Of a stretch of DNA of 64,000 bases, positions 29,098-38,827 are shown piece after piece (positions within the stretch are counted from its first letter, which is position 1; the number at the start of each line of letters is the position of its first letter). Under the pieces are notes generated by a model that made no database searches, had not been told where the DNA came from, and worked only from the letters and a program-made list of their open reading frames with translations. This DNA is from Phycisphaeraceae bacterium (GTDB lineage Bacteria > Planctomycetota > Phycisphaerae > Phycisphaerales > Phycisphaeraceae), in assembly GCA_963674705.1 (NCBI GenBank), contig OY771506.1, positions 3,776,001-3,840,000 on the forward strand, written 5' to 3'. The position numbers and the translations under genes are program-made.

Positions 29098-30363
29098 ATG
29101 AGCAGCACAATTACAGGGTTAACATGCGTGTCCTGCGGCCGAAACTTCGGGCCGGAGGGGCCTTGGATGGCATGCCCTGATTGCGGGCCGGATGAGGGCA
29201 TCGTCGACATTCAATTCGATCTGGACAAGGTTCGCCACGCCTGGAACGAGAAGCCGTTGGCGGATCGGCCTTTGAATCACTGGCGGTACCGGGAACTGCT
29301 GCCGCTGGATGAGTCCGCCATCCGCAACGACTGGTCTGTCGGCTGGACACCGGTGATCGACAGCAAACGGCTGGCTGGCGAACTCGGTCTCAAACAACTT
29401 TTATTCAAAGACGAGGGTCGGAACCCGACCGCTTCATTCAAGGACCGGGCCAGCTCGGTCGGCGTCGCCCATGCCTTGCAGCACAAGGCCAAGACAATCG
29501 CCTGTGCTTCGACGGGCAACGCCGCGACGAGCCTGGCCGGGCATGCAGCGCAGGCGGGATTGCCTTGCGTCATTTTCGTGCCACACACCGCGCCCGAGCC
29601 GAAGCTGGCACAGCTGCTGGTATACGGTGCTCATGTCGTGGCCGTCCAAGGCAGCTATGACGAGGCTTACCGCCTCTGCTCCGATGCCTGCATGAAGTTC
29701 GGCTGGTACAACCGTAACTGCGCGATCAATCCCGTTTTGGTTGAAGGTAAGAAGACCGGCGGGCTTGAAGTGGCAGAGCAATCCCATAGCTTCGGCGGTG
29801 TACCGGACTGGGTCGCGGTCAGCATCGGCGACGGCTGCACAGTCGCGGGCATCTGGAAGGGGCTCAAGCAGATGCACGAACTGGGCCAGATCGATCGACT
29901 GCCCCGGCTGCTTGGCGTGCAGGCGTATGGCGTCGCGCCGATCGCGTATGTCTTAGAAAACGGCAAGCTGCCTGAGATTCCAGAGAATGACGGGACGATC
30001 GCGGACAGCATCAACGTCCCGGTGCCGCGCAACTGGCGCAAGGCAGTCAATGCATTGAAAGATTCTGATGGGATCGTGGTCTGCGTGGATGATGCGGACA
30101 TCCTCGATGCGATGAAACTCGGTGGGCAACACGGCATCTATGCTGAACCCGCAGCCGCAGCCGCATTGGCGGGGATCGTTGCCGCGCGTGAAGCCGATGT
30201 GTTTGACGACAATAGCCGTGTCCTGAGCATGGTCACCGGTAGCGGTTTGAAAGACACCAAGGCCGCGATTCGTGCCGGGGGCGAACCGATCAGGATCAAA
30301 CCAGATATCGAAAAGCTCGCTTCGGTCCTCAGCGACCGGGGTGTTTTAAGTGGAGATGATTAA
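29098..30363 (+). CDS. Threonine synthase-like fold-type II PLP enzyme
   Basis: N-terminal CVSCG..CPDCG; NPTASFKDR, ASTGNAA, EGKKT, TGSGLKD. Confidence 0.85.
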   Translation: MSSTITGLTCVSCGRNFGPEGPWMACPDCGPDEGIVDIQFDLDKVRHAWNEKPLADRPLNHWRYRELLPLDESAIRNDWSVGWTPVIDSKRLAGELGLKQLLFKDEGRNPTASFKDRASSVGVAHALQHKAKTIACASTGNAATSLAGHAAQAGLPCVIFVPHTAPEPKLAQLLVYGAHVVAVQGSYDEAYRLCSDACMKFGWYNRNCAINPVLVEGKKTGGLEVAEQSHSFGGVPDWVAVSIGDGCTVAGIWKGLKQMHELGQIDRLPRLLGVQAYGVAPIAYVLENGKLPEIPENDGTIADSINVPVPRNWRKAVNALKDSDGIVVCVDDADILDAMKLGGQHGIYAEPAAAAALAGIVAAREADVFDDNSRVLSMVTGSGLKDTKAAIRAGGEPIRIKPDIEKLASVLSDRGVLSGDD

Positions 30364-31814
30364 TGCAGGTGAATCAGCAAGTCCTTGACCGAACTATTCA
30401 ACGTTGCCGGGAACGTAAAGTCCTTTTGCCGACGTTTGCGCAGATGAAGGACCCGTCCCTGGTACCGGAGAAGGTGAAGGACCGGTTGAAGCAGGTCGGG
30501 CTTTGGGATATCGACCCGATCAATCTGTTCCGCATTACCTGGAAGAACGAGCCGAAGGAAACCGGTGGGCTGTTTGGCAACGGCAACATCATCGAATTCC
30601 CCCCGGAATTTACCGGTGTTGAAGCGACCATCATCGGGATCGTCGGCAAGTACTTCCCAACCGGGGCGCATAAAGTCGGCGCCGCTTACGGCTGTCTTGC
30701 ACCGCGTTTGGTCACGGGTGAGTTCGATCCGACCGAAAACAAAGCCGTTTGGCCCAGCACGGGTAACTATTGCCGTGGCGGCGCGTTCGATTCGGCGCTG
30801 CTTGGTTGTGATGCAGTCGCCATCCTGCCCGAGGAGATGAGCCAGGAGCGTTTCGATTGGCTTAGCGGGATATGCTCGGAAGTCATCGCGACGCCCGGCT
30901 GCGAATCCAACGTCAAGGAAATCTACGATAAGTGCTGGGAGATCCGCAAGACACGGCCCGAGTGTGTGATCTTCAACCAGTTCGAAGAATTCGGTAATCC
31001 GATCTGGCACTACCACGTGACCGGCGGTTTCATCGAGGAAGTGTTTGAATCACTCGGTGCGGGTAAACGCCTCGCCGGTTACGTTTCCGCGACAGGTAGC
31101 GCGGGTACGATCGCGGCGGGGGACTACCTGCGCACCGTGCACCCACACCTGCGCGTCATCGCGTCCGAAGCCCTGCAGTGTCCAACGCTGTACCAGTTCG
31201 GCTTCGGCGGCCACCGCATCGAAGGCATCGGCGACAAGCACGTTCCTTGGGTCCACAATGTCCGCAACACCGACATGATCACCGCAATCGACGATGAGCA
31301 ATGCATGTCGTTGTTCCGCTTGTTTAACGAGCAAGCGGGTAAAGATTACCTGGGTGAAAAGCTTCCGGGGACGTTTGTCGAGCAGTTACCGCTGCTGGGT
31401 ATTTCTTCGATCTGCAACCTAATCAGCGCGATCAAGGCGGCCCGGTATTACGACATGAACAGCAAGGATGTGATCTTTACCTGCCTAACCGATTCATCTG
31501 ATCTTTACTCAAGCCGGATCACTGAACTGCAAGAAGGGCGCGGGACGTACACACGCGATAACGCCATCGCCGACAAAGCACGTTACGTGGATGGCATCGT
31601 TACGGACAATCTGCGCGAATTGAATTACCACGACCAGAAAGCCTTGCACAACTTCAAGTACTTCACGTGGATCGAGCAGCAGGGCCGCACGATTGATGAA
31701 CTGAACGAACTGTGGGACCCGGACTTCTGGGTGAAGACGTTCGATCAGGTGGGTGAATGGGACAAGCAGATTGAAGCGTTTAATGAGAAAACTGGTGTAT
31801 TGGATTTACTCTAA
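30363..31814 (+). CDS. Fold-type II PLP-dependent enzyme (large 'subunit beta' family)
   Basis: FPTGAHKVGA (PLP Lys), WPSTGNY, TGSAGT, HRIEGIGD; TAATG coupling to the upstream gene. Confidence 0.8.
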   Translation: MQVNQQVLDRTIQRCRERKVLLPTFAQMKDPSLVPEKVKDRLKQVGLWDIDPINLFRITWKNEPKETGGLFGNGNIIEFPPEFTGVEATIIGIVGKYFPTGAHKVGAAYGCLAPRLVTGEFDPTENKAVWPSTGNYCRGGAFDSALLGCDAVAILPEEMSQERFDWLSGICSEVIATPGCESNVKEIYDKCWEIRKTRPECVIFNQFEEFGNPIWHYHVTGGFIEEVFESLGAGKRLAGYVSATGSAGTIAAGDYLRTVHPHLRVIASEALQCPTLYQFGFGGHRIEGIGDKHVPWVHNVRNTDMITAIDDEQCMSLFRLFNEQAGKDYLGEKLPGTFVEQLPLLGISSICNLISAIKAARYYDMNSKDVIFTCLTDSSDLYSSRITELQEGRGTYTRDNAIADKARYVDGIVTDNLRELNYHDQKALHNFKYFTWIEQQGRTIDELNELWDPDFWVKTFDQVGEWDKQIEAFNEKTGVLDLL

Positions 31815-31873
31815 GTGAATGTATGTACCCAGGAAGCCCATGTTCGTCGAACATGGGCTTTGAGATACATGTA

Positions 31874-33196
31874 ATGCCCACAACATTTACCAACGCGATC
31901 CTCGTTCAACTCGACCCGCCCATGGTCGAACGAGGTGATTTGCGTGTTGCAGATGGCAAAATCACGGGCGTTGGTACTGATGTATCACAAGAACCCAGTG
32001 ACGAAGTCGTCGATTGCAGTGGGGCGGTCCTGATGCCGGGGCTGGTCAACGGGCACACACACCTGTACTCCGCACTCGCGGCCGGGATGCCCGCACCGCC
32101 GAAGACACCGAGCAACTTTCAAGAGATACTCAAATACATCTGGTGGCGGCTGGACCGGGCGCATGATCGGGACAGCATCCGCATGAGTGGGTTGGTCGGC
32201 TCGCTTGCTGCTTTACGTTGCGGCACGACGACGCTCATCGATCACCACGCATCACCGAATGCGATCGAAAACAGCCTATCCGTGCTTGAAGAAGGCATCG
32301 CCGAAGCCGGCTGTCGGGCGGTGTTGTGTTACGAAGTCACCGACCGAAACTACAAAGATGAAGCGAAACGCGGTCTGGAAGAAAACGCACGCTACATCAG
32401 GCATTGCCGAGATCGAAAAGACGACCGTTTCGCTGGCCTCGTCGGCGCCCACGCCAGCTTTACCCTTTCTAACAAATCACTTGCCGACTGTGTCGAACTG
32501 GCAAAGGAACTGAAAGCCGGAATCCACATCCACGTCGCGGAAGACCCGTGCGATCAAGCGATCACACGTGAGAAGTTTGGCGTGGGCTTATTCGAGCGTT
32601 TCAAGAACCTGGGTGTGTTTGATGTGCCCGACACGATCTTCGCCCACGGCACCCACCTGTCCGAGAACGACATCCGCTGTGTCAATCAACACGGCACAAT
32701 CACCATGGCGCACAACACGAACTCGAACATGAACAACGCGGTGGGCTACGCCCCCGTGGCAAAGTTCGACCGGCCACCCATGCTCGGCACCGATGGCATC
32801 GGTGCGGATATGTGGCGCGAAGCACGCACTGCTCAATTCAAGAGCCACGATGGGCAGTTGCCTTTGCCGTTTGGGCGACCGCTGGCGATGATCGGTGAAT
32901 CCGCCCGTTTTGCCTCGAAGAGTCTGGGCGTAGAACTCGGAGTTCTGGGAGTCGGTGCCGAAGCCGACCTGGTTTTGACGAAGTATGTGCCCGCCACGCC
33001 GCTGTCTGCCGACAACCTCGCGGGCCACTTCATCTATGCCATGGGCCCGGAGTTCGTTTCTGATGTTATGGTCTCAGGCGAATGGAAGCTGCGCAATGGC
33101 ATGATTCTAAGTTGTGATGAAGCCGCGGCCCGTACTCAGAGTGTGCAGGTTGCGCATGCGTTGCATCAACGCATGGCTGCAGTACCTTGTGAATAA
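31874..33196 (+). CDS. ssnA: SsnA-like amidohydrolase
   Basis: GLVNGHTHLYSALA, WWRLDRA, GTTTLIDHHASP, GAHASFT, HIHVAE, SNMNNAVG, LGTDG. Confidence 0.85.
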   Translation: MPTTFTNAILVQLDPPMVERGDLRVADGKITGVGTDVSQEPSDEVVDCSGAVLMPGLVNGHTHLYSALAAGMPAPPKTPSNFQEILKYIWWRLDRAHDRDSIRMSGLVGSLAALRCGTTTLIDHHASPNAIENSLSVLEEGIAEAGCRAVLCYEVTDRNYKDEAKRGLEENARYIRHCRDRKDDRFAGLVGAHASFTLSNKSLADCVELAKELKAGIHIHVAEDPCDQAITREKFGVGLFERFKNLGVFDVPDTIFAHGTHLSENDIRCVNQHGTITMAHNTNSNMNNAVGYAPVAKFDRPPMLGTDGIGADMWREARTAQFKSHDGQLPLPFGRPLAMIGESARFASKSLGVELGVLGVGAEADLVLTKYVPATPLSADNLAGHFIYAMGPEFVSDVMVSGEWKLRNGMILSCDEAAARTQSVQVAHALHQRMAAVPCE

Positions 33197-33211
33197 CCAC
33201 AGCAATAAACA

Positions 33212-34960
33212 TTACTGCATCTGCTCAGGCTGATCGGCCGGGGCCTCATCGAGTTTAATCGTGAATGACTGGTCGGGTTCGAGCATGAAACGGTCGTGCA
33301 GGGGGCTGTAGGCGACCATGTAGACGGTGTTGCCGTCGGGCTGGAATTCGACCAAACGCAAATACGCTTCGCCGCCGAGTTCGCGCATCTGGTAGTTGGC
33401 GAGGACCTGGTGTACGAGGTCGCCGTTATCGTTGGGATCAGCGCGGTAGCCAGTGCCGTTGTTGAGGACGTGGCCGTTGAAGGTGAAAACGAAGTTATGC
33501 TTGCGGACGAGTTTGTCCCACAGTTCCTGGCCGTCGTTGACCTGTGGCGTGCGGTAGTTGTGGGGATTCCAAGAATTGGGGTGCGACTTGTCGGTGTGAT
33601 CGTATCGGCGGGAGTTGGAGAAGAGGAATGCGTGCGTTATCAAGATGCCTTTACGGTCGGGGTGTTTATCCATGATGCGGTTTGCCCACTCGACGACCTC
33701 ATCACGCGGCCCCCATTCCAGAGCGAGGATGATCCACTTGTCGCCGCCGGCTTCAAAGAGGTGATAGGTGTTATCCAGTTCACCTTCTTTGTATGCGCCA
33801 CCGAAGGTCGGCATGCTCGCAGTCGTCTTGAATGAGATGTAATCGTTCAGATAAGTGTCGCGTGTGGAGGCGTCGCCGGAGGGCCCGTAATCATGGTTGC
33901 CGGGTACAAGCGCATAAGGAACGACACCATCCAGTAATCGCATCGAAGCGGATGCACGCTGCCATTCCGTGATCGCGTTGTTGTCGGTGATATCGCCGAG
34001 GTGCAGGACATACTTGATGTTGCGGTCCTTGACGTGCTCGCGGATCCATGCGGTCTGTGCGCTGAACAGGCCGGGGTAGCGCACGGAATAGACCTGTGTA
34101 TCCGGCAACAGCACCAGCGTCCACGCACCGTCCACAAATTCATGTTTGTCTCTGGGTGCCGGCGTGACGTTAATCGCAGCGGCTTTTCTCGCATCGACAT
34201 CACGGACGTGTTTTAAAAGGTTAGAGGCAAACCGTTTTGCGAGTTCGTCTCTCTCAGCAGACACTGATCGTTTGCCATCTTCGTCCAGCAGTTTATCAAT
34301 GCTCATCGCTGCCAACACGATGCGTCCCTGGCCGTATGCGCCTTCCATCAGGGCGGGGTATTGCGCGGACGTATCGGCACTGAGGATGACCTCGAAGCCG
34401 CCTTGCTTGTCGAACAATTCCCAGCCAAGGTGCGGGTCGGAGGCTGTCAGTTTTCCGTCGGCAACCGCCATGCCTTGTACCAGCGTGTGCTCAGGTGACA
34501 GGACATGCAATGTTGCCGAATCGGTATCGCATCGATGCGCCGCCTGCGTGGTCGGCAGGAACGGCGGCTCCGGTTCTGCCTGGTCGGCCTGCGTCATCTG
34601 CACAAGCACGTTGCCATCATCCACGAACTTGTACAGGTCCTCTTTGAACTTTTTCATGTAGGCTTTGTATTCCGGGCTGTCGCTCGCGAAGCTGCCGATG
34701 AATACAAGACCGGATAGTCCCCAGGGAGAGCTATCCATCGACAAGGGTTTAACATCAAAACCCGCTTCGGACAGCATCGCCGCTGCGCCGTTTTTCTTCG
34801 TCCACTGATCGCGATAATCCCAGACATAAGCGGTGACGGGTTTGGACATGGCTGTCTCTATAGTTTCTTGTGCGTGTGTAAGGTCGGGAGTTACGGATAG
34901 GCAGGAGACCGCTATCAATAGCGATAAAGCAGATGTGAGTGCAAAGCTGTTTTTAAACAT
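33212..34960 (-). CDS. Secreted calcineurin-like metallophosphoesterase with extra N-terminal domain
   Basis: Signal peptide; LPDTQ, HLGDITD, PGNHD, ITH, NGH. Confidence 0.85.
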   Translation of the reverse strand: MFKNSFALTSALSLLIAVSCLSVTPDLTHAQETIETAMSKPVTAYVWDYRDQWTKKNGAAAMLSEAGFDVKPLSMDSSPWGLSGLVFIGSFASDSPEYKAYMKKFKEDLYKFVDDGNVLVQMTQADQAEPEPPFLPTTQAAHRCDTDSATLHVLSPEHTLVQGMAVADGKLTASDPHLGWELFDKQGGFEVILSADTSAQYPALMEGAYGQGRIVLAAMSIDKLLDEDGKRSVSAERDELAKRFASNLLKHVRDVDARKAAAINVTPAPRDKHEFVDGAWTLVLLPDTQVYSVRYPGLFSAQTAWIREHVKDRNIKYVLHLGDITDNNAITEWQRASASMRLLDGVVPYALVPGNHDYGPSGDASTRDTYLNDYISFKTTASMPTFGGAYKEGELDNTYHLFEAGGDKWIILALEWGPRDEVVEWANRIMDKHPDRKGILITHAFLFSNSRRYDHTDKSHPNSWNPHNYRTPQVNDGQELWDKLVRKHNFVFTFNGHVLNNGTGYRADPNDNGDLVHQVLANYQMRELGGEAYLRLVEFQPDGNTVYMVAYSPLHDRFMLEPDQSFTIKLDEAPADQPEQMQ

Positions 34961-35109
34961 GAGCAGCGGACCTTATGTTTGACCGGATTTGATGCCGAAC
35001 GATGCTATTGAAGATCATAAACCGCGCATGTTAGCGATACGTGAGGTGGGGTCAATCAGAGATGTCCGGCCGGGCGGTGCGCGGTGGAAATCGATAAGGC
35101 GTGAATCGA

Positions 35110-36069
35110 TCAGCGTCGGGTAATCCGCGTTCCGCTTTGTCCATCCAGCGCATCCATCAATCGTGGCAATTCTGCGATAATCGCTTCGGCATCCATGTCC
35201 TTTGAGCTTTCAACAAAATCGATTGCAGCCTCGATCTTGGGGCGCATCGAGCCATCCGCAAAGTGACCCGTAGTAAGATAACGCTTGGCTTCATCAACCG
35301 TCATTTTGTTAAGTGGTTTCTGATCGGGCTTGCCATAATTCAAACAGACACGGTCGACCGCGGTAAGGATGATCAAGGTTTTTGCGTTCAGCTCTTTAGC
35401 AAGCAAGGCAGAAGTCCGGTCCTTGTCGATCACGGCCGCCGCTCCTCGGAAGTTGCCCTGTTCATCTTGAATCACAGGCACGCCGCCACCGCCACAACAG
35501 ACAACTAATTCACCATCCTCAACCAGCCGGCGGATCGTGTTGACTTCGAGAATCGACTTGGGATGTGGTGAAGGTACCACGCGCCGATACATCCTGTCAC
35601 TGACAGGTACGATCGACCAGCCGTCGTTATCGCGGTGATTGAACGCAAGCGCCTCATCCATCGGCAGGCCGATCGGCTTGCTTGGTTTCTTGAAGTCCGG
35701 ATCCTTCTTGTCTATCAGGACGTTCGTGACAAGCGTCGTAACATCACGATCGATACCACGCTTGCGCATCGCGTTCTTCATGCACTGCGCGATCATGTAG
35801 CCCATGCCCGCCTGCGTATCGGCCACGCAGATCTCCAGCGGCAGGGGGTACATTTCATGAGATGCGATTTCGACACGCCGCAACACATTGCCGACCTGCG
35901 GCCCGTTGCCGTGGGTCAGGACAATGTGTAAACCTCGTTCGATCGCACGTACGAGGTGGCGAGCAGTGTCCGACATATGCGCGAACTGCTGCGGGATGTT
36001 CCCCTGTTCCCCCGGCGCACTGATCGCGTTGCCCCCCAAAGCAATCACAGTTGGTCGGGGATCACTCAT
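35110..36069 (-). CDS. arcC: Carbamate kinase (ArcC/YqeA)
   Basis: VIALGGNA, THGNGPQVG, RRVVPSP, GGGGVPV, AVIDKD, GSMRPK. Confidence 0.95.
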   Translation of the reverse strand: MSDPRPTVIALGGNAISAPGEQGNIPQQFAHMSDTARHLVRAIERGLHIVLTHGNGPQVGNVLRRVEIASHEMYPLPLEICVADTQAGMGYMIAQCMKNAMRKRGIDRDVTTLVTNVLIDKKDPDFKKPSKPIGLPMDEALAFNHRDNDGWSIVPVSDRMYRRVVPSPHPKSILEVNTIRRLVEDGELVVCCGGGGVPVIQDEQGNFRGAAAVIDKDRTSALLAKELNAKTLIILTAVDRVCLNYGKPDQKPLNKMTVDEAKRYLTTGHFADGSMRPKIEAAIDFVESSKDMDAEAIIAELPRLMDALDGQSGTRITRR

Positions 36070-36094
36070 ATCGTTAACCAATAACGGGATCGTT

Positions 36095-36183
36095 AACAGG
36101 GATAAACACAGATAAACACGGATCAGTCATGATCTTCGTCAGTTAGCAAATCACATCTGTGTTCATCTGTGTTTATCCCTGTT
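36095..36183. repeat. Inverted-repeat element of the AACAGGGATAAACACAGAT family
   Basis: Arms 36095-36123 and 36155-36183; right arm is the exact reverse complement of 22384-22412. Confidence 0.85.
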
Positions 36184-36196
36184 CCATATTCTGAAA

Positions 36197-37234
36197 TCAG
36201 AACGGTCTTTCACGCATCGTGCAGGCCATGATCGACTTGGCGGTGTGCAGGCGGTTCTCGGCTTCCTGGAAGACGATGCTCTGCGGGCCGTCGATCACGG
36301 CGTCGGTTACTTCGCTGCCACGGTCGGCGGGCAGGCAGTGCATGTACACGGCAGAATCCTTCGCACGACTCATCCGCTTCTCATCGCAGATCCAGTCCTT
36401 GTGCTTGTGATTCATTTCAAGGCACGCTTTTTCATTCTCGTTGATTTCCGCCTGACTGGTCGCCTGGAGGCGTTCGAGCATCAGGTCATATACGCCCCAG
36501 CTCTTGGGATAGACGATGTCCGCATCCTCGAACGCGGCATCCATATCTTCGACGATCTGGAACGAACCGCCGGACTTCGCGGCGTTCGCCTTGGCCGACT
36601 CGATTGTCCGGTCGATCAGGTTGTATCCCTTCGGGTGTGCCAGCGAGACGTGCATCCCGAAACGCGTCATCAACGTGATTAAGCCCTGCGGCACACTTAA
36701 CGGCTTAGCGTACGATGGCGCATACGCCCATGTCACTGCGATCTTCAGGCCCTTGACGTTATCTTTGCCGAAGTGTTCGCGGATGGTCATGATGTCGGCC
36801 AGTGTTTGTGTCGGGTGGTCGACATCGCACTGCATGTTGATGACCGGCACGTTTGCGGCCTCCGCCATCTCACGCATGTACTTGTTACCCGCGCCGAGGA
36901 TCAGGTCGTGCCGGCAGCAGATGCCGTGGCCCATCGCGGCGAGGATCTTGCCGGTATCGGCAGCGGTTTCGCCGTGGCTGATCTGCGTGGCGCTGGAATC
37001 CAAAAAGTGTGCGTGCCCGCCGAGTTGAGTCATGCCTGCTTCAAATGCGTTGCGTGTGCGTGTGGATTTATCAAAAAACAGCAGGAACGCCGTCTGGTGG
37101 GGGAGCAACTGCGTCGGTTCGCCCCGGTGGAATTTGGCTTTCAACTCGTCCGCTGTTTCCAATAACAGATCGATCTCAGCGTCGCTGAGATCCTGCGTTT
37201 CGATATAATCTTTACCTTTGAGGCTGTTCGTCAT
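36197..37234 (-). CDS. ygeW: YgeW-like (knotted) carbamoyltransferase
   Basis: STRTR, SHGET, NMQCDVDHPTQ, WAYAPSYAKPLSVPQG, VYPKSW, HCLP. Confidence 0.85.
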   Translation of the reverse strand: MTNSLKGKDYIETQDLSDAEIDLLLETADELKAKFHRGEPTQLLPHQTAFLLFFDKSTRTRNAFEAGMTQLGGHAHFLDSSATQISHGETAADTGKILAAMGHGICCRHDLILGAGNKYMREMAEAANVPVINMQCDVDHPTQTLADIMTIREHFGKDNVKGLKIAVTWAYAPSYAKPLSVPQGLITLMTRFGMHVSLAHPKGYNLIDRTIESAKANAAKSGGSFQIVEDMDAAFEDADIVYPKSWGVYDLMLERLQATSQAEINENEKACLEMNHKHKDWICDEKRMSRAKDSAVYMHCLPADRGSEVTDAVIDGPQSIVFQEAENRLHTAKSIMACTMRERPF

Positions 37235-37281
37235 CTATTCTGAATCCTTTATCAATCCTTAATTATGTCGATTAACGTAAA

Positions 37282-37305
37282 GCCCGGGGATAGCCATCCC
37301 CGGGC
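37282..37305. repeat. GC-rich palindrome between ygeY and ygeW
   Basis: gcccggggat-agcc-atccccgggc. Confidence 0.6.
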
Positions 37306-37316
37306 GTTAGATTTGA

Positions 37317-38594
37317 TTATGACTTTCTTCGTTTGACGTTCATTTTTGTTTTGTTTTCGCGCCCTGCAGCCAAATCACAATACGCCTGTCCGAACCCTGC
37401 GTAGAACGCGGCGCACTTGATCAGGTGATCGATCGGCACCGAGTCATTGACGGTATGGGCAACGTTTTCCGGTGCCGGGCCGAAGCCGACACAGGGGATG
37501 CCGTACATACCGGCGATGGATACCGCGTTCGTGCTGAACGTCCAGCGGTGCAATGTCGGGACTGCACCTAACACATCCCGATGTGCCTTGATCGCGGCCT
37601 GCACCTGCAAGGCATCCTCCGGCTCGCACCACGTCGGGAAGTATTTTTCCGTCTCGTAGGTCAGACCAGTGTAGCTGGGTCTTTCGTAGCGGAGCACCTC
37701 GACCTTCGCTTTGACACCCGCACGCTTGATCGCGTCTTTCACCTCACGCACGGCTGATGTCTTCGTATCCCCAACCGTCAGCCGACGGTCCAGGTGGATA
37801 AACGCCTCGCCCGGTACGGCACACATGCTCGGTGTCTTGCAATCGACATAACTGACGGTGATTGTCCCTTTGCCGAGGAACTCATCCGCCTTCAGACGCT
37901 TGTTGAGTTTCTCGATCTCGTTGGCGATCTTGGCAATCTTGTAGATGGCGTTGTCGCCCTTGTGGGGCATGGAGCCGTGGCAGCTCTTACCCTTGGCGGT
38001 GACGCCGATCTCCATCCGCCCGCGGTGACCCCGCAGGATCCAGCAGTTGGTCGAGTCGGTCACGACCACAGCGTCCGGCCTGATCTTGTCTTCATTAACG
38101 ATGTACTGCCAGCAGAGCCCGTCACAGTCTTCTTCCATGACGGTGAACGTCAGCAGCAGACAATACTCACTCAAATCGACTTTCAGGTCCCGCATGATCT
38201 TCGCGGCGTAAACCATTGCTGGGATCGCGCCTTCCTGGTCGCCGGCACCCCGCCCCCAGACCTTGCCATCCGCGATCTTGCCCTTGTACGGATCATGTTT
38301 CCACTCAGATCGGTCGCCGACACCGACAGTGTCGACGTGGGCGTCGATAGCAAGTAACTTCTTTCCTTTTCCGGGCTTACCGACCATTCCGAGCAGGTTG
38401 CCCATTTTGTCGACCCAGATCTTGTCAAAGGCCTTGGTCGACTCCATCTCCTTGCGGATCCGGGCGATGACTTTGCCTTCCTCGGCGGACTCCGAAGGGA
38501 TAGCGATCATGTCCCGCAAGAAGCGGATCATTTTGGGCTTATATTTTTCGGCTTGTTTTACGAACTGGGACGTTCCGGGGCTGGTTGTAGGCAT
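37317..38594 (-). CDS. ygeY: YgeY-like M20 family hydrolase
   Basis: DAHVDTV, GRGAGDQEG, TVMEEDCDG, GHRGRME, WTFSTN. Confidence 0.9.
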   Translation of the reverse strand: MPTTSPGTSQFVKQAEKYKPKMIRFLRDMIAIPSESAEEGKVIARIRKEMESTKAFDKIWVDKMGNLLGMVGKPGKGKKLLAIDAHVDTVGVGDRSEWKHDPYKGKIADGKVWGRGAGDQEGAIPAMVYAAKIMRDLKVDLSEYCLLLTFTVMEEDCDGLCWQYIVNEDKIRPDAVVVTDSTNCWILRGHRGRMEIGVTAKGKSCHGSMPHKGDNAIYKIAKIANEIEKLNKRLKADEFLGKGTITVSYVDCKTPSMCAVPGEAFIHLDRRLTVGDTKTSAVREVKDAIKRAGVKAKVEVLRYERPSYTGLTYETEKYFPTWCEPEDALQVQAAIKAHRDVLGAVPTLHRWTFSTNAVSIAGMYGIPCVGFGPAPENVAHTVNDSVPIDHLIKCAAFYAGFGQAYCDLAAGRENKTKMNVKRRKS

Positions 38595-38827
38595 AGACCT
38601 GTCTTTATACCCGAGAACCTCAATGTCACAAAGCGAAATTTTCACAAGTTTCGCTTGGTGATTCAGGCCAAAGAGGCGACAATGTCGATTGGTGGAAGGA
38701 TAGTCCGCCCACGGAAGCGTTCGGATACCGTCATCCACTTCCAAAGGCGGGCACGAGTTGGCCACCGGTCAATGAGTAACCGGATCTGGGGATATCAGGG
38801 GGAGGACCCCAAGCGAGGCCAACGACT

